A DNA stretch of 60,013 bases from Sphingobium sp. GTDB taxonomy: Bacteria > Pseudomonadota > Alphaproteobacteria > Sphingomonadales > Sphingomonadaceae. Position numbers and translations under genes: made by a program. This document shows, in pieces, positions 21,103-30,284 of this stretch. The stretch covers positions 1-60,013 of the forward strand of contig DATEJA010000240.1 in NCBI GenBank assembly GCA_035278405.1, written 5' to 3'. Below the pieces are notes generated by a model that saw only the letters and a list, made by a program, of their open reading frames with translations, did no database searches and was not told the DNA's origin. The stretch's first letter is position 1; every line of letters begins with the position of its first letter.

Positions 21103-23109
21103 TCAGAAGTGGAATTTCGTTCCCAGCCGCAGCGTGCGCGGCTCTACCACGCGGCTGAGCCGTCCTTCGATCGGGCCGGCGGCGTCGAAGGAGGGGATGT
21201 AGGAGTCGTAATAATAGGCGATGTCCTTGTCGCGGCTGTTAAGGATGTTGAGGATTTCGCCGTACAGTTCGACCCGCCGTCCCTTCCAGGCGGCCCGGGC
21301 GTTGACCACGGTGCTGCCCCGATCGCGCACGCTGTTGTCCTCGATCAGCGGCGAGGGGCCGAGGTGGCGCACGCGCACGCTCGCCTCCCAGGGGTGGAGG
21401 ATGACCGCCACGCCGCCCGACGCCGCATTTTCAAAGGCGTTGGGGATGTGGTCGCCATTGTCGTAGCGCGAATGGCTCGCGGTGTAATTGCCGTCGAGCG
21501 CCAGCCAGGGGAAGGGACGCCAGAAGCCGACCAGTTCCACGCCATGGCGGCGGCTGGCGCCGGACGGTTCGACCGCGTTGGAATCGCCGACGAAGCGCAA
21601 TTCGCTGCCGACATTCAGCCACCAATATGTTGCGGTCAGCGAAAAGCCCGGCCGCTGGAGTCGCAGGCCGACTTCCTTGCCGGTGCCGCGCACGAGGAGG
21701 GGGACGGGCGTGGCAAGGTTCGCGGCGCCGCGCGCGTCGTTGGAATGGAAGCCCCGGCCCCAATTGGCATAGGCTTCGAGCGAGGGGGCGATCCGGTAGG
21801 CGAGCGATCCCTTGGGAGACAGGAGGGTCGCCGATCCGCTGCCTTCGCCCGCTTGCGCCGCCGCCGCATCGCGCGCGCGCACGCTATAGGCATAATGATC
21901 GCCGCGCAGCCCGCCGGTCAGGCGCAGGCCGGGCAGCGGCGTCCAGGTGGCTTCGCCATAAAGGGCGGCGGAGGCTTCCTGGACATGATAGCGGCCGAGG
22001 GGGAAGAGGAAGCGGCGGTCGGCGGTGCGATCCACGCCAACGTCGCCGATATGGTCGTAGCGGTTTTCGGTGCCGACCCGCAGGTCGAGCGAGGGGGCGA
22101 CGGTCCAGTTTTTCTGCGCGGTCAGGCCGGCGATCCAGCGCCTGTCATGCTGGCGGATCTGCGCGCTGGTGCCGTCCGGATCGGCATAGGTGGGGTTGGA
22201 ATACATGGCCCAGTCGTAATATTGGGCATAGGCATTGGCGTGCCATGTCGGCCGGGTGAGCGCGATATTGCCGACGAGGCGCGTGGTTGCGCCGCGCGCG
22301 GAGGGATCGGGCGAGCAGAAGACGGCGGGGCATTGCGGCGATCCGATGATCCGCTCTGGGATCTGCTCGGTCGGGCGCCAGGTGGCACGATAGGCGTGGA
22401 GCGACGCCTCCAGCTTGCCCGCGCCCGACGGTACGGCATATTTGGCGAAGCCGGCATAATGGCGAAGTTTCTCCGGCTCCTGCCAGGGGCCGTCATAGGA
22501 TTTGGCCTGGGCGACCAGGGTGAGGTCGCCGGTGCCCAGATTGCGAAGCGTGCCGCCGGCCGCGATCCGGCGCCAGCCATAGGAGCCGCCCTCGGCCGAC
22601 ATCCAGGGCCGGTCATAGCCGTCGATCGTCGTCATATAGGCCGCGCCCGCCAGCGCGAAGTCGCCGCCGTCGGCGCGATAGGGGCCTTTTCGGAAATCCT
22701 CGCGCGCGATGATCTCCGGGATGAGGCCGTTGAGGTCGAGATAGCCATGGCCATGGCCGTGGGTGCGGAAATTCATCTGCACCCCATCGATATAGGTGGT
22801 GAAGTCCGACCCATGGTCGAGGTTGAAGCCGCGCAGGAAATATTGGTTCGCCTTGCCGCTGCCCGAATGTTGGGCGGCGACCATGCCGGGCACGGCTTCG
22901 AGCAGTTCGGCGACGCGCAGCAGCGGGCGAACGAGCAGGTCGGCGCCGCCGACGCTGCCTTCGCTGGCGGCATGGGCGGTGCCGATCTTTTCCTCGCCCC
23001 GGCCGAAGACGATGATGGTGGCGCTGGCGGCGTCTGCATCCTCGGCGGATGCGGCTTGGGGGATGAGGCCCAGGGCAAGCCAGGGCAGGACATGGGTGAT
23101 CGGGTGCAT
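21103..23109 (-). CDS. TonB-dependent outer-membrane receptor, cobalamin-riboswitch controlled
   Basis: Signal peptide, TonB-box-like TIIVFG, plug motifs ANQYFLRGFNLDHGSDF and KGPYRA, C-terminal Phe (PRTLRLGTKFHF). Confidence 0.92.
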   Translation of the reverse strand: MHPITHVLPWLALGLIPQAASAEDADAASATIIVFGRGEEKIGTAHAASEGSVGGADLLVRPLLRVAELLEAVPGMVAAQHSGSGKANQYFLRGFNLDHGSDFTTYIDGVQMNFRTHGHGHGYLDLNGLIPEIIAREDFRKGPYRADGGDFALAGAAYMTTIDGYDRPWMSAEGGSYGWRRIAAGGTLRNLGTGDLTLVAQAKSYDGPWQEPEKLRHYAGFAKYAVPSGAGKLEASLHAYRATWRPTEQIPERIIGSPQCPAVFCSPDPSARGATTRLVGNIALTRPTWHANAYAQYYDWAMYSNPTYADPDGTSAQIRQHDRRWIAGLTAQKNWTVAPSLDLRVGTENRYDHIGDVGVDRTADRRFLFPLGRYHVQEASAALYGEATWTPLPGLRLTGGLRGDHYAYSVRARDAAAAQAGEGSGSATLLSPKGSLAYRIAPSLEAYANWGRGFHSNDARGAANLATPVPLLVRGTGKEVGLRLQRPGFSLTATYWWLNVGSELRFVGDSNAVEPSGASRRHGVELVGFWRPFPWLALDGNYTASHSRYDNGDHIPNAFENAASGGVAVILHPWEASVRVRHLGPSPLIEDNSVRDRGSTVVNARAAWKGRRVELYGEILNILNSRDKDIAYYYDSYIPSFDAAGPIEGRLSRVVEPRTLRLGTKFHF

Positions 23110-23300
23110 GTGCGTTCCTCCGGGCGCCTTGCGACGTTCCGGTGGAGACGTGCCGTCGACGACGGTCGGCGCGCGCGGACAGCCGGCGCCCCAATCAAGC
23201 CACGCCCGCGCGAACCGATGCGGCCTCCACCGCTCGTTCGTCGCTCAGACGGAAAACACCGTGCCGCGGCCATCCCCTGGACCAGGGCAAGAGCGACCAG

Positions 23301-23519
23301 ACGCCGGCAGGTCTCCTGGCTCGCGGGTCATCGCTTGATGCACGGCCTTCCCGAGCCTCGCAGGATTTAGCGTCCGGCCCAGTGGCTGCCCTTGCCTTCG
23401 ATAGAGGAAGGGCGATGTGCATCGCGCTCGCCGCTTACAGTTGCAGGGACAGCCTCGGCTTTGGGGGCTTGCGCCGCCCTTACCGCGTTCCCTTTTAAGC
23501 CTCGTCAAAGGCACCGGCG
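23301..23519 (-). ncRNA. Cobalamin (B12) riboswitch
   Basis: Minus strand reads GGTGCC...AAAAGGGAACGCGGT...CCCTGCAACTGTAAGCG...GCCACTGGG...GGGAAGGC...GAGCCAGGAGACCTGCC: the conserved blocks and the B12 box, upstream of a TonB receptor. Confidence 0.95.
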
Positions 23520-23610
23520 CGATCGATGTCCGGCAGGATGCCGGACGGGCGGCGAGTAGCGGGGGAAGGGGTTGGGGGCAAGATCATATTTCCCCCACGC
23601 CCGCCTTTTA

Positions 23611-23705
23611 CCCGTCATCCCCGCGCAGGCGGGTATCCATCTCCTGAACGTTCCGCCTGCTACTGCTTATGGGAGATGGGTTCCCGCTTTCGCGGGAATG
23701 ACGGG
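23611..23705. repeat. REP-like palindromic element (CGTCATCCCCGCG...CGCGGGAATGACG)
   Basis: Inverted arms; same family as 6184-6272; lies directly after the fde-like operon. Confidence 0.8.
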
Positions 23706-23709
23706 GTGG

Positions 23710-24678
23710 TCAGGGGAGGCTGGCGGGGACGACGCGCTGGTCGATGCGGCCGAAGGGGGAGGGGCCTTCGCCGGCCTCCATGGTGACGCGGTCGCCGAAG
23801 TGGAGGAAGGGAGTGGCGGGAGCGCCGGCCGCGATCGTCTCGATCGCGCGGCGTTCGGACAGGCAGCAGGAGCCGACGCTCAGATAGTCCGCGTTCGACA
23901 CGGTGCCCGATCCGATGATCGTGCCCGCGACCAGATCACGGGTGCGAGCGGCGTGGGCGATGAGGTCGTGGAAGCCGAACTGCATCTCGCGGCCATGGGG
24001 ATGGCCGAACCATTGGCCGTTGATGCTGACGCGAAGGGGCAGATGGACGCGGCCGTCGGCCCAGGCGGCCCCCAACTCGTCGGGGGTGATGGCGAAGGGG
24101 GCGACCGAACAGGCGGGCTTGGCCTGGACCCAGCCGAAGCCGGTCTTCATCTCTTGCGGCGCGATGGCGCGCAGCGACCAGTCGTTGATGAGGAGGAGCA
24201 GTTTGATATGCGGCATCGCCCGGTCGGCGGGGGTGCCCAGGGGGACGGCATCGGTGACGATCCCGAACTCCCCTTCGAAATCGATGCCGTCCGCTTCGCT
24301 GGGCAGCGGCACGTCGGCATGGCCGGGCAGGAAGCGATCGGACAGGCCCTGATACATGAGCGGGCGGTCGGTTTCGATCGGCGGCAGGTTGAAGGCCCGC
24401 TGCATCAGCTCGCCATGCTGGGGGAAGGCGGAACCGTCGAGCCATTGCCAGGCGCGCGGCAGGGGGGCGAGCAGACGGCTGTGGTCGAGCGGATCGCCCT
24501 CGCCCCGATCCAGCCGTTCGGCGAGCAGGCGCAGGACAGGTTCGGCGACGGTCCATTGTTCGACCGCCTGCTGCAGCGTGTCGGCCATGCCGGGCGCGGA
24601 CAGGCAGCGCGTCGCATCGCGCGAGACGACGACCAGGGCGCCGTCGGGCGATCCGCTGGCGAGGGTGGCGAGGCGCAT
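23710..24678 (-). CDS. Fumarylacetoacetate hydrolase family protein (FdeI-like)
   Basis: PLPRAWQWLDGSAF, IDFEGE, INDWSLR and GTIIGSGTVSN. Confidence 0.9.
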   Translation of the reverse strand: MRLATLASGSPDGALVVVSRDATRCLSAPGMADTLQQAVEQWTVAEPVLRLLAERLDRGEGDPLDHSRLLAPLPRAWQWLDGSAFPQHGELMQRAFNLPPIETDRPLMYQGLSDRFLPGHADVPLPSEADGIDFEGEFGIVTDAVPLGTPADRAMPHIKLLLLINDWSLRAIAPQEMKTGFGWVQAKPACSVAPFAITPDELGAAWADGRVHLPLRVSINGQWFGHPHGREMQFGFHDLIAHAARTRDLVAGTIIGSGTVSNADYLSVGSCCLSERRAIETIAAGAPATPFLHFGDRVTMEAGEGPSPFGRIDQRVVPASLP

Positions 24679-24681
24679 CGG

Positions 24682-25461
24682 CTAATCCTCGATGATGGCG
24701 ACGGCGCGGGTCCAGCCGGCGGACGCGCCCTTGATCTTGTGCGGGAAGCAGCTGACGATGAAGCCGTGCGGGGGCAAGGCTTCGAGATTGTGCAGCTTTT
24801 CGAGGTGGCAATAGCCGATGTCGCGGCCGGCCTTGTGCCCTTCCCAGATGAGCGAGGTGTCGCCCGTTTCCTCCACCTTGCGCGCGGTATGGGCGAAGGG
24901 CGCGTCCCAGCTCCAGGCGTCGGTGCCGGTGACGCGGACGCCCTGGCGGGTGAGGTACATGGTCGCCTCATAGCCCATGCCGCAGCCGACATTGACGAAA
25001 TCGGGCCGGCCCAGCGCCTTGCCCGCCGCCGTGTTGACGAGGACGATGTCGAGCGGCTGGAGGTCGTGGCCGATGCGCTGGAGTTCGGCTTCGACATCCT
25101 GCGCGGTCGCGACATAGCCGTCGGGAAAGTGGCGGAAGTCGAGCTTGACGCCGGGGCGGAAGCACCAGTCGAGCGGGACTTCGTCGATGGTGATGGCGCG
25201 ATCGCCGCCGTCCATGGTCGGGTGATAATGCCAGGGCGCGTCGAGATGGGTGCCGTTATGGGTGGTGAGGGTCACCCATTCCGCCGCAGCGAAGCCTTCG
25301 CCGCCGGGGGTCTGCTGCGCCGTGACGCCGGGGAAGAAATGCTGAAGCTCCTTCACCGTCTCCTGATGGGTTTCGTAGGTGATCTTCGGCCGCATGAAGG
25401 GCGGGTCGGAGATCACGTCATTTTCGAGCGTGATCGACAGGTCGATGAAGCGGCGGGTCAT
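24682..25461 (-). CDS. Cyclase / kynurenine formamidase family metal hydrolase (FdeG-like)
   Basis: THNGTHLDAPWH metal motif, GTDAWSWD and HLEKL. Confidence 0.9.
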   Translation of the reverse strand: MTRRFIDLSITLENDVISDPPFMRPKITYETHQETVKELQHFFPGVTAQQTPGGEGFAAAEWVTLTTHNGTHLDAPWHYHPTMDGGDRAITIDEVPLDWCFRPGVKLDFRHFPDGYVATAQDVEAELQRIGHDLQPLDIVLVNTAAGKALGRPDFVNVGCGMGYEATMYLTRQGVRVTGTDAWSWDAPFAHTARKVEETGDTSLIWEGHKAGRDIGYCHLEKLHNLEALPPHGFIVSCFPHKIKGASAGWTRAVAIIED

Positions 25462-26615
25462 GCCACATGTCCTCCCAGCATTTCCGCGAACCAGTCCGCG
25501 ATGCAGTCGCGACCATAGGCCATATTGTCGGCGCCGACATGCTCGACCCCGCCCTCGCGCGCGGTGAAGATCACTTTCTCGCGGCGGGGGGAGTTTACCA
25601 GCTGGTCGTAGAGGTCGTAGGCATAGTCGACGCTGATCTGTCGGTCCTGCGCGCCATGGGTGACGAGGAAGGGCACCGTGATCCGGTCCATATGGCCGTT
25701 GAGGTTCATGGCCGCGCTCTTAGCGTGAAACTCGTCCATGTCCTTCGCACCGAAGGCCCACATGACATGGGCCCAATAATGAGGGACGGGATTCTCGCCT
25801 TCGCGCTTGAGGCGCTTCTGCTGGACTTCGGCCCAATTGTGATTGGCGCCCCAGACGGCGCCGCTGGCGAAGCGCGGTTCGTAGGCGACGGCGCGGGGGG
25901 CGAAATGGCCGCCGAGCGAAATGCCGGTCATGCCGATGCGGGCGGGGTCGACATCCTGCTGCTGCTCCAGCCAGTCGACGGCTTTCGACGCCCAGCTTTC
26001 GCTATGCGGGTCGACGGGCAGGTTTTGTAGCCGCAACGCCTCGCCGCTGCCCGGCTGGTCGACGCAGAGGGTCGAGACGCCGCGCCGGGCGAGGGCTTCG
26101 GGCAGGCGCGACCAGTAGAGCAGTTCCTTGCAGCTATCGAGGCCGTTACAATAGACGACCACGGGCTTGCGGCCCTCCCCCGGCGCGCGGGTGTAGAGGG
26201 CGGGCATGGTGCCGTTCTCAAGAGGGATTTCAACGCGTTGTCGATTGATCCTGCCAATCTGTGTGGACTTTTCGAAGGCGGCCAGCGCCTTGGCATAGGT
26301 TTCCTGGCGGCCGGGATGGCCGTGGCCCTGCATCCGCTCGGCGGTGACGAGGTAGAGCGCGGCGCGCTCCAGCTTGTCGGAGGCGGAGAAGGCGCGGCCC
26401 TTCGCCTCATCCTCCTGCGCCAAGGCGATCAGCTTGTCGCCCATCGCCGCCCATTGCGCCATGAACTGGGGGGTGCCGGCGTCCGCGCCATTCGCCGCTG
26501 CGTCGCGGATCGGCTGGCACATGTCGATGATCTCGCCCAGTTGCGCGCCGCTTTCCATTGCGATCGCGACTGAGAGGTTCCAAATATAGTTAGGAAAATA
26601 TTCGAATAATGCCAT
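25458..26615 (-). CDS. Alpha/beta hydrolase, 2,6-dihydroxypseudooxynicotine hydrolase-like C-C hydrolase (FdeB-like)
   Basis: NGLDSCKE, DQPGSGE, GISLGG nucleophile elbow and GGVEH; start trimmed to MALFEYF. Confidence 0.85.
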   Translation of the reverse strand: MALFEYFPNYIWNLSVAIAMESGAQLGEIIDMCQPIRDAAANGADAGTPQFMAQWAAMGDKLIALAQEDEAKGRAFSASDKLERAALYLVTAERMQGHGHPGRQETYAKALAAFEKSTQIGRINRQRVEIPLENGTMPALYTRAPGEGRKPVVVYCNGLDSCKELLYWSRLPEALARRGVSTLCVDQPGSGEALRLQNLPVDPHSESWASKAVDWLEQQQDVDPARIGMTGISLGGHFAPRAVAYEPRFASGAVWGANHNWAEVQQKRLKREGENPVPHYWAHVMWAFGAKDMDEFHAKSAAMNLNGHMDRITVPFLVTHGAQDRQISVDYAYDLYDQLVNSPRREKVIFTAREGGVEHVGADNMAYGRDCIADWFAEMLGGHVA

Positions 26616-26664
26616 TTTCGTCTCTCGGGATCGAACGGGATTGGCAGGGCTAGCGTTCGCGCAT

Positions 26665-26720
26665 TTCCCCTCCACCAGCCTGCGGCTGGTCCCCCTCCCC
26701 AAGCGAGCTTGGGGAGGATT
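26665..26720. repeat. Intergenic REP-like double hairpin
   Basis: ACCAGCC-TGC-GGCTGGT and TCCCCAAGC-GA-GCTTGGGGA stems. Confidence 0.6.
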
Positions 26721-26724
26721 GTGG

Positions 26725-27627
26725 TTACGCTTCCGCCGCTTGGAACAGGCCCTTGTCGGGTTCGGGATGGGGCATGGTCTGCGGGCCACCGACGCCGATG
26801 CCCCACTGGTCCATCACCTTGGGGCCCGGGACATGGACCTTTGCTTCGTGGCGTTCGAAGTCCACCTGCTCCAGTTCCGCCGTATATTCGACCGCGAAGC
26901 CGGCAGGGGTGGTGAAATAGCTGAAGGTGTTGTTGCCCGCCGTGTGGCGCCCGGGGCCCCAGCGGATGTCGGTGCCCTTTTGGCGAAGGCGGCTGATCCC
27001 CGCCATCATGTCATCGACGCTCAGCATGTCATAGGCGACATGGTTGAGGCAGGGCGGCCCGGGGAGGATGGCAAGGCGGTGATGCGCGCTGTTGCAGCGC
27101 AGGAAGCACATGAAGTCGCCGAGCCAGTCGCTGATCCTGAAGCCGAGGATATCGACGAACCACTGGACCAGCGCCTGATGATCGGGCGAATGGAGGACGA
27201 TGTGGCTGATCTTCTGCGGCACGCCTTCCCAGCGGGACAGGGCGCGCGGCGCGCGGCGGCCGACATCGCTGGAAATCTCGAACGGCAGGCCGTCGGGCGA
27301 GAAGAAGCGGAAGCCATAGCCGCCGCCCAGGCTCGGCAATTCCTTGGGCGCGAAGATGATGCGGCAGCCTGACGACGCGACCTTGTCGTGCAGTGCATCG
27401 ACATCGGCGCGGCTGTCGGCGGCGAGCGCGATCACGTCGACCCGCTTTTCCTCAGCCTGCCGCAGGCGGACGACATAGAGTTCCTCGCCGCCCTCGGCCG
27501 CGAGATGGATCATGCCGTCCTTCTCGCCGCTTTCGACGAGCTTCCATTGATCGGTGTAGAAGGCGCGCTCGGCGGCAAGGTCTGGGACGGCATAGCCGAC
27601 ATGACGGATTTCGGTGACACGGCTCAT
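26725..27627 (-). CDS. VOC-family extradiol dioxygenase (FdeC-like)
   Basis: ISHIVL, HHRLA, LNHVAY and WGPGRH...YF.TPAGFAVEY: the His/His/Glu metal triad of type I extradiol dioxygenases. Confidence 0.9.
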   Translation of the reverse strand: MSRVTEIRHVGYAVPDLAAERAFYTDQWKLVESGEKDGMIHLAAEGGEELYVVRLRQAEEKRVDVIALAADSRADVDALHDKVASSGCRIIFAPKELPSLGGGYGFRFFSPDGLPFEISSDVGRRAPRALSRWEGVPQKISHIVLHSPDHQALVQWFVDILGFRISDWLGDFMCFLRCNSAHHRLAILPGPPCLNHVAYDMLSVDDMMAGISRLRQKGTDIRWGPGRHTAGNNTFSYFTTPAGFAVEYTAELEQVDFERHEAKVHVPGPKVMDQWGIGVGGPQTMPHPEPDKGLFQAAEA

Positions 27628-27650
27628 GGGAAAACTCCTGGAAAAGGCGA

Positions 27651-28772
27651 TCAGATCGGCTGGGCGACGATGGCGAACATCTCATGCGTCGCCTTGGCAT
27701 TGTCGACCGGCGGTCCCTTGCCGATCTGGCCATGGCAGATGGCGAGGCTGGCCCGGACGATATAGGCGCAGCGGTCGAAGCGGCGGGCGCGATAGGCGGT
27801 GAAGGCGGCTTCCGGATCCGCATGGCGCGACAGTTCGTCGGCCAGCACCAGGCTGTCCTCGATCGCCATGCCCGCGCCCTGGCCAAGATGCGGCGTCGTC
27901 GCATGGACGGCATCGCCCAGCAGCACGATCCGCCCCTTGTGCCAAGGCCCTTCGACCAGCAGCCCTTCGAGCGGGCGATAGACCACGCCGGCGTCATCGG
28001 TGATCTGGTCGGCCAGCGCGCGGATGGCGGGCGCGGTGTGGGCGAGCTTGGCGCGCAGGACCTGCGCCAGCCCCTCTTGCGGATAGCGCGGATTGTCGGG
28101 CTCGGGCGTCGTCACATACATGTAGATGAGGCTGTCGGAAATCGGCACCAACCCGGCGCCGGTGGGCCCGTTATAGACCTGCAGCGCGTCCAGCCCCTCG
28201 GGCCGGGGAAAGTTGTAGCGCCAGACCGACTGGCCGGTGAATTGGGGCATGGGCGCGTCAGGGAAGAGCGCCTCGCGCGTCTGCGAATAAACGCCATCCG
28301 CTCCTACAACAAGATCGTAGCGATCGCTGCTATCATCCGAGAAAAGCACATTTACGTGCGTGCCGTCATCATCCAATGCCTCGGCCGTGACGCCGAGGCG
28401 GATCCGGGCGCCGCTGGCGATGGTGCGGTCGCCCAGAACCTTGTGCAGGGCGGGGCGGCCGATGCCGACATTGGCGGGCTTGCCCTCCACCAGGCGGGGG
28501 GAGGGGACGCGGGCGATGCGGCTGCCGTCGGGCAGGAAGATCTCCACAGCGTCGAAGCCGACGCCGGCCGAGAGATAATCGTCGAGCAGGCCGAGCGCGT
28601 CCATGGCTCGGACGACGTTCGATTGCTGGATGATGCCGACCCCATAGACCGACCAGTTCGGGTCGCGCTCGATCACGTCGACCTGATGGCCCTCTGCGCG
28701 CAGGGCGATGGCTGCAGTCAGGCCGCCAATGCCGCCGCCGATCACCAATATCTTCTGCTGGTCCACCGCCAT
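27651..28772 (-). CDS. FAD-dependent aromatic monooxygenase, group A (FdeE-like)
   Basis: GGGIGG, VGADGVYS and GDAVHATTPHLGQGAGMAIED. Confidence 0.9.
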   Translation of the reverse strand: MAVDQQKILVIGGGIGGLTAAIALRAEGHQVDVIERDPNWSVYGVGIIQQSNVVRAMDALGLLDDYLSAGVGFDAVEIFLPDGSRIARVPSPRLVEGKPANVGIGRPALHKVLGDRTIASGARIRLGVTAEALDDDGTHVNVLFSDDSSDRYDLVVGADGVYSQTREALFPDAPMPQFTGQSVWRYNFPRPEGLDALQVYNGPTGAGLVPISDSLIYMYVTTPEPDNPRYPQEGLAQVLRAKLAHTAPAIRALADQITDDAGVVYRPLEGLLVEGPWHKGRIVLLGDAVHATTPHLGQGAGMAIEDSLVLADELSRHADPEAAFTAYRARRFDRCAYIVRASLAICHGQIGKGPPVDNAKATHEMFAIVAQPI

Positions 28773-28815
28773 CCTCGCCTGACTTGTCGAGGAGCTATCC
28801 TATCGAGAACCGATA

Positions 28816-28863
28816 ATTATAACAGTTGATTGTTTGAATGATAATCCATCCATTCCATGGATG
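28816..28863 (-). promoter_or_regulatory. nod-box-like LysR/NodD binding site with a -10 TATAAT
   Basis: Minus strand CATCCATGGAATGGATGGATTATCATTCAAACAATCAACTGTTATAAT contains ATC-N9-GAT and the AAACAATC core, about 44 nt before the monooxygenase start. Confidence 0.75.
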
Positions 28864-29758
28864 ATCCTGCTTCCTGCAGGGCGCTGCGCAGCCAGGCGAG
28901 CCCGCCGTCCTGGGCGCGGGTCTGGTGGAATTGCATATGTTCCTGCATCACCGGAAAGGCGAAGGGGATGGGCGCGGTCCGCATGGGAAAGACCCGCGCC
29001 ACGCGTTGGGCGAGGCGCGCGTGCATCACGGCGATCCGGTCGGTGTCGATCAGCAGCCAGGGCACGGTGGCGAAGGAGGGCGCCTCCACGACGATCTGGC
29101 GCGTCTTGCCCAGCAGGGCGAGCTGGAGGTCGGCAAAGGCGGCCTGGCCGCGCGCGCCGATGCCGACCGACACATGGTCGGCGCGGAGGAAGGCGACTTC
29201 GTCCAGAGGCCGATCGAAGATCGGGTTGCCCGACCAGCCGACGACGACATGCTCCTCCTCCAGCAGCAATTCGCTGGGATGACCGCCGGTCAGGAAATCA
29301 CGCGGGCCGATGAACAGATCCGCATAGCCATCGGCGATCTGCTGCCCGGCGGTGGCGTCGGGCAGCGCCAGATGCAGGCGGACGCCCGGCGCGTCCTGCG
29401 CGAACCGCACGGTCAGCGGCGCGATCAGCGCGGCGATGATATAATCGGACGCGATGATGCGGAAGGAGCGCTGCGAGCTCAGCGGATCGAAGCCGGCGTT
29501 GGTCGCCAGCATGGTTTCGATCTGGCCGAGGCAGGACTGGACCTGGGGCAACAGGCTTTCGGCGAAGGCCGTCGGATACATGCGCTTGCCGTGGCTGAGC
29601 AGCAGCGGGTCGCCGAAATAATCGCGTAGCCGCGCGAGCGCGGCGCTCATCGCCGGCTGGCTGAGATTCATCTGCCGCGCGGCGGCGGATACGGAACGCA
29701 GCTGCAGCAGGGTGCTGAGCACCGCCAGAAGATTGAGATCGAGCCCCCGGAACCGCAT
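28817..29758 (-). CDS. NodD/FdeR-like LysR regulator
   Basis: MRFRGLDLNLL...NLSQPAMSAALARLRDYFGDPL and RSFRIIASDY, characteristic of the NodD subfamily. Confidence 0.88.
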   Translation of the reverse strand: MRFRGLDLNLLAVLSTLLQLRSVSAAARQMNLSQPAMSAALARLRDYFGDPLLLSHGKRMYPTAFAESLLPQVQSCLGQIETMLATNAGFDPLSSQRSFRIIASDYIIAALIAPLTVRFAQDAPGVRLHLALPDATAGQQIADGYADLFIGPRDFLTGGHPSELLLEEEHVVVGWSGNPIFDRPLDEVAFLRADHVSVGIGARGQAAFADLQLALLGKTRQIVVEAPSFATVPWLLIDTDRIAVMHARLAQRVARVFPMRTAPIPFAFPVMQEHMQFHQTRAQDGGLAWLRSALQEAGSSMEWMDYHSNNQLL

Positions 29759-29857
29759 CCGACCATCCACGCCATGAATGAATAGGTGCTGGATTAAACC
29801 AGCAGGCCGATATTGTCATGGCCAAAGGGAAGGGGGTTGGGCTGCCCTTTTTAACCA

Positions 29858-29964
29858 TCATCCTGGACTTGGTTCTGGATCCATCGCGCCCACGGAGACG
29901 GTCGCTCGTGGGGAGAAATGGATCCTGAGCCGAAGGCCAGCGCAGCTAGCCACGTTCAGGATGA
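29858..29964. repeat. Degenerate palindromic element (TCATCCTG...CAGGATGA)
   Basis: Terminal inverted repeat plus inner GGATCCAT/ATGGATCC arms. Confidence 0.6.
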
Positions 29965-29987
29965 CAAATTAGGGGGAGGCGGCTCCG

Positions 29988-30194
29988 TCAGGCGGCCGAT
30001 TGTCGCTCCGCGCTTCGTTGCAGGCGCAGGGCCATGGCCTGGAAACGGACGGCGCGTTCACTGTGATGGGCGATGGTCAGTTGGTCCGCGCCGCTCAACC
30101 GAGCTTCACGGGCACGCCGCGCTTCCTGCGCCGCGCAAGCGGAAAAATGGGATGCGTCATGGGGGCTCATGGCCCGATATCCTCTCTCATTCAT
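29988..30194 (-). CDS. Small hypothetical protein (59-68 aa)
   Basis: Helical, Ala/Arg-rich (DASHFSACAAQEARRAREA); a GAGAGG RBS precedes the internal start MSPHD. Confidence 0.55.
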   Translation of the reverse strand: MNERGYRAMSPHDASHFSACAAQEARRAREARLSGADQLTIAHHSERAVRFQAMALRLQRSAERQSAA

Positions 30195-30284
30195 TGTCTT
30201 TTGCCCGCTTATACATAGGCTGCGGGAAGGCCGATATAATCGAGATTAGGCCGGTGCCAATCTCTTTTTCGTGCCGCCTGGGGA

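Noticed and set aside
21091-23370. 759-aa plus-strand ORF (likewise 14547-16499, 23572-25518, 31195-33357, 36288-38027, 51320-53035 and 58217-59809)
   Set aside because: All lie opposite well-supported genes and show no domain signatures.
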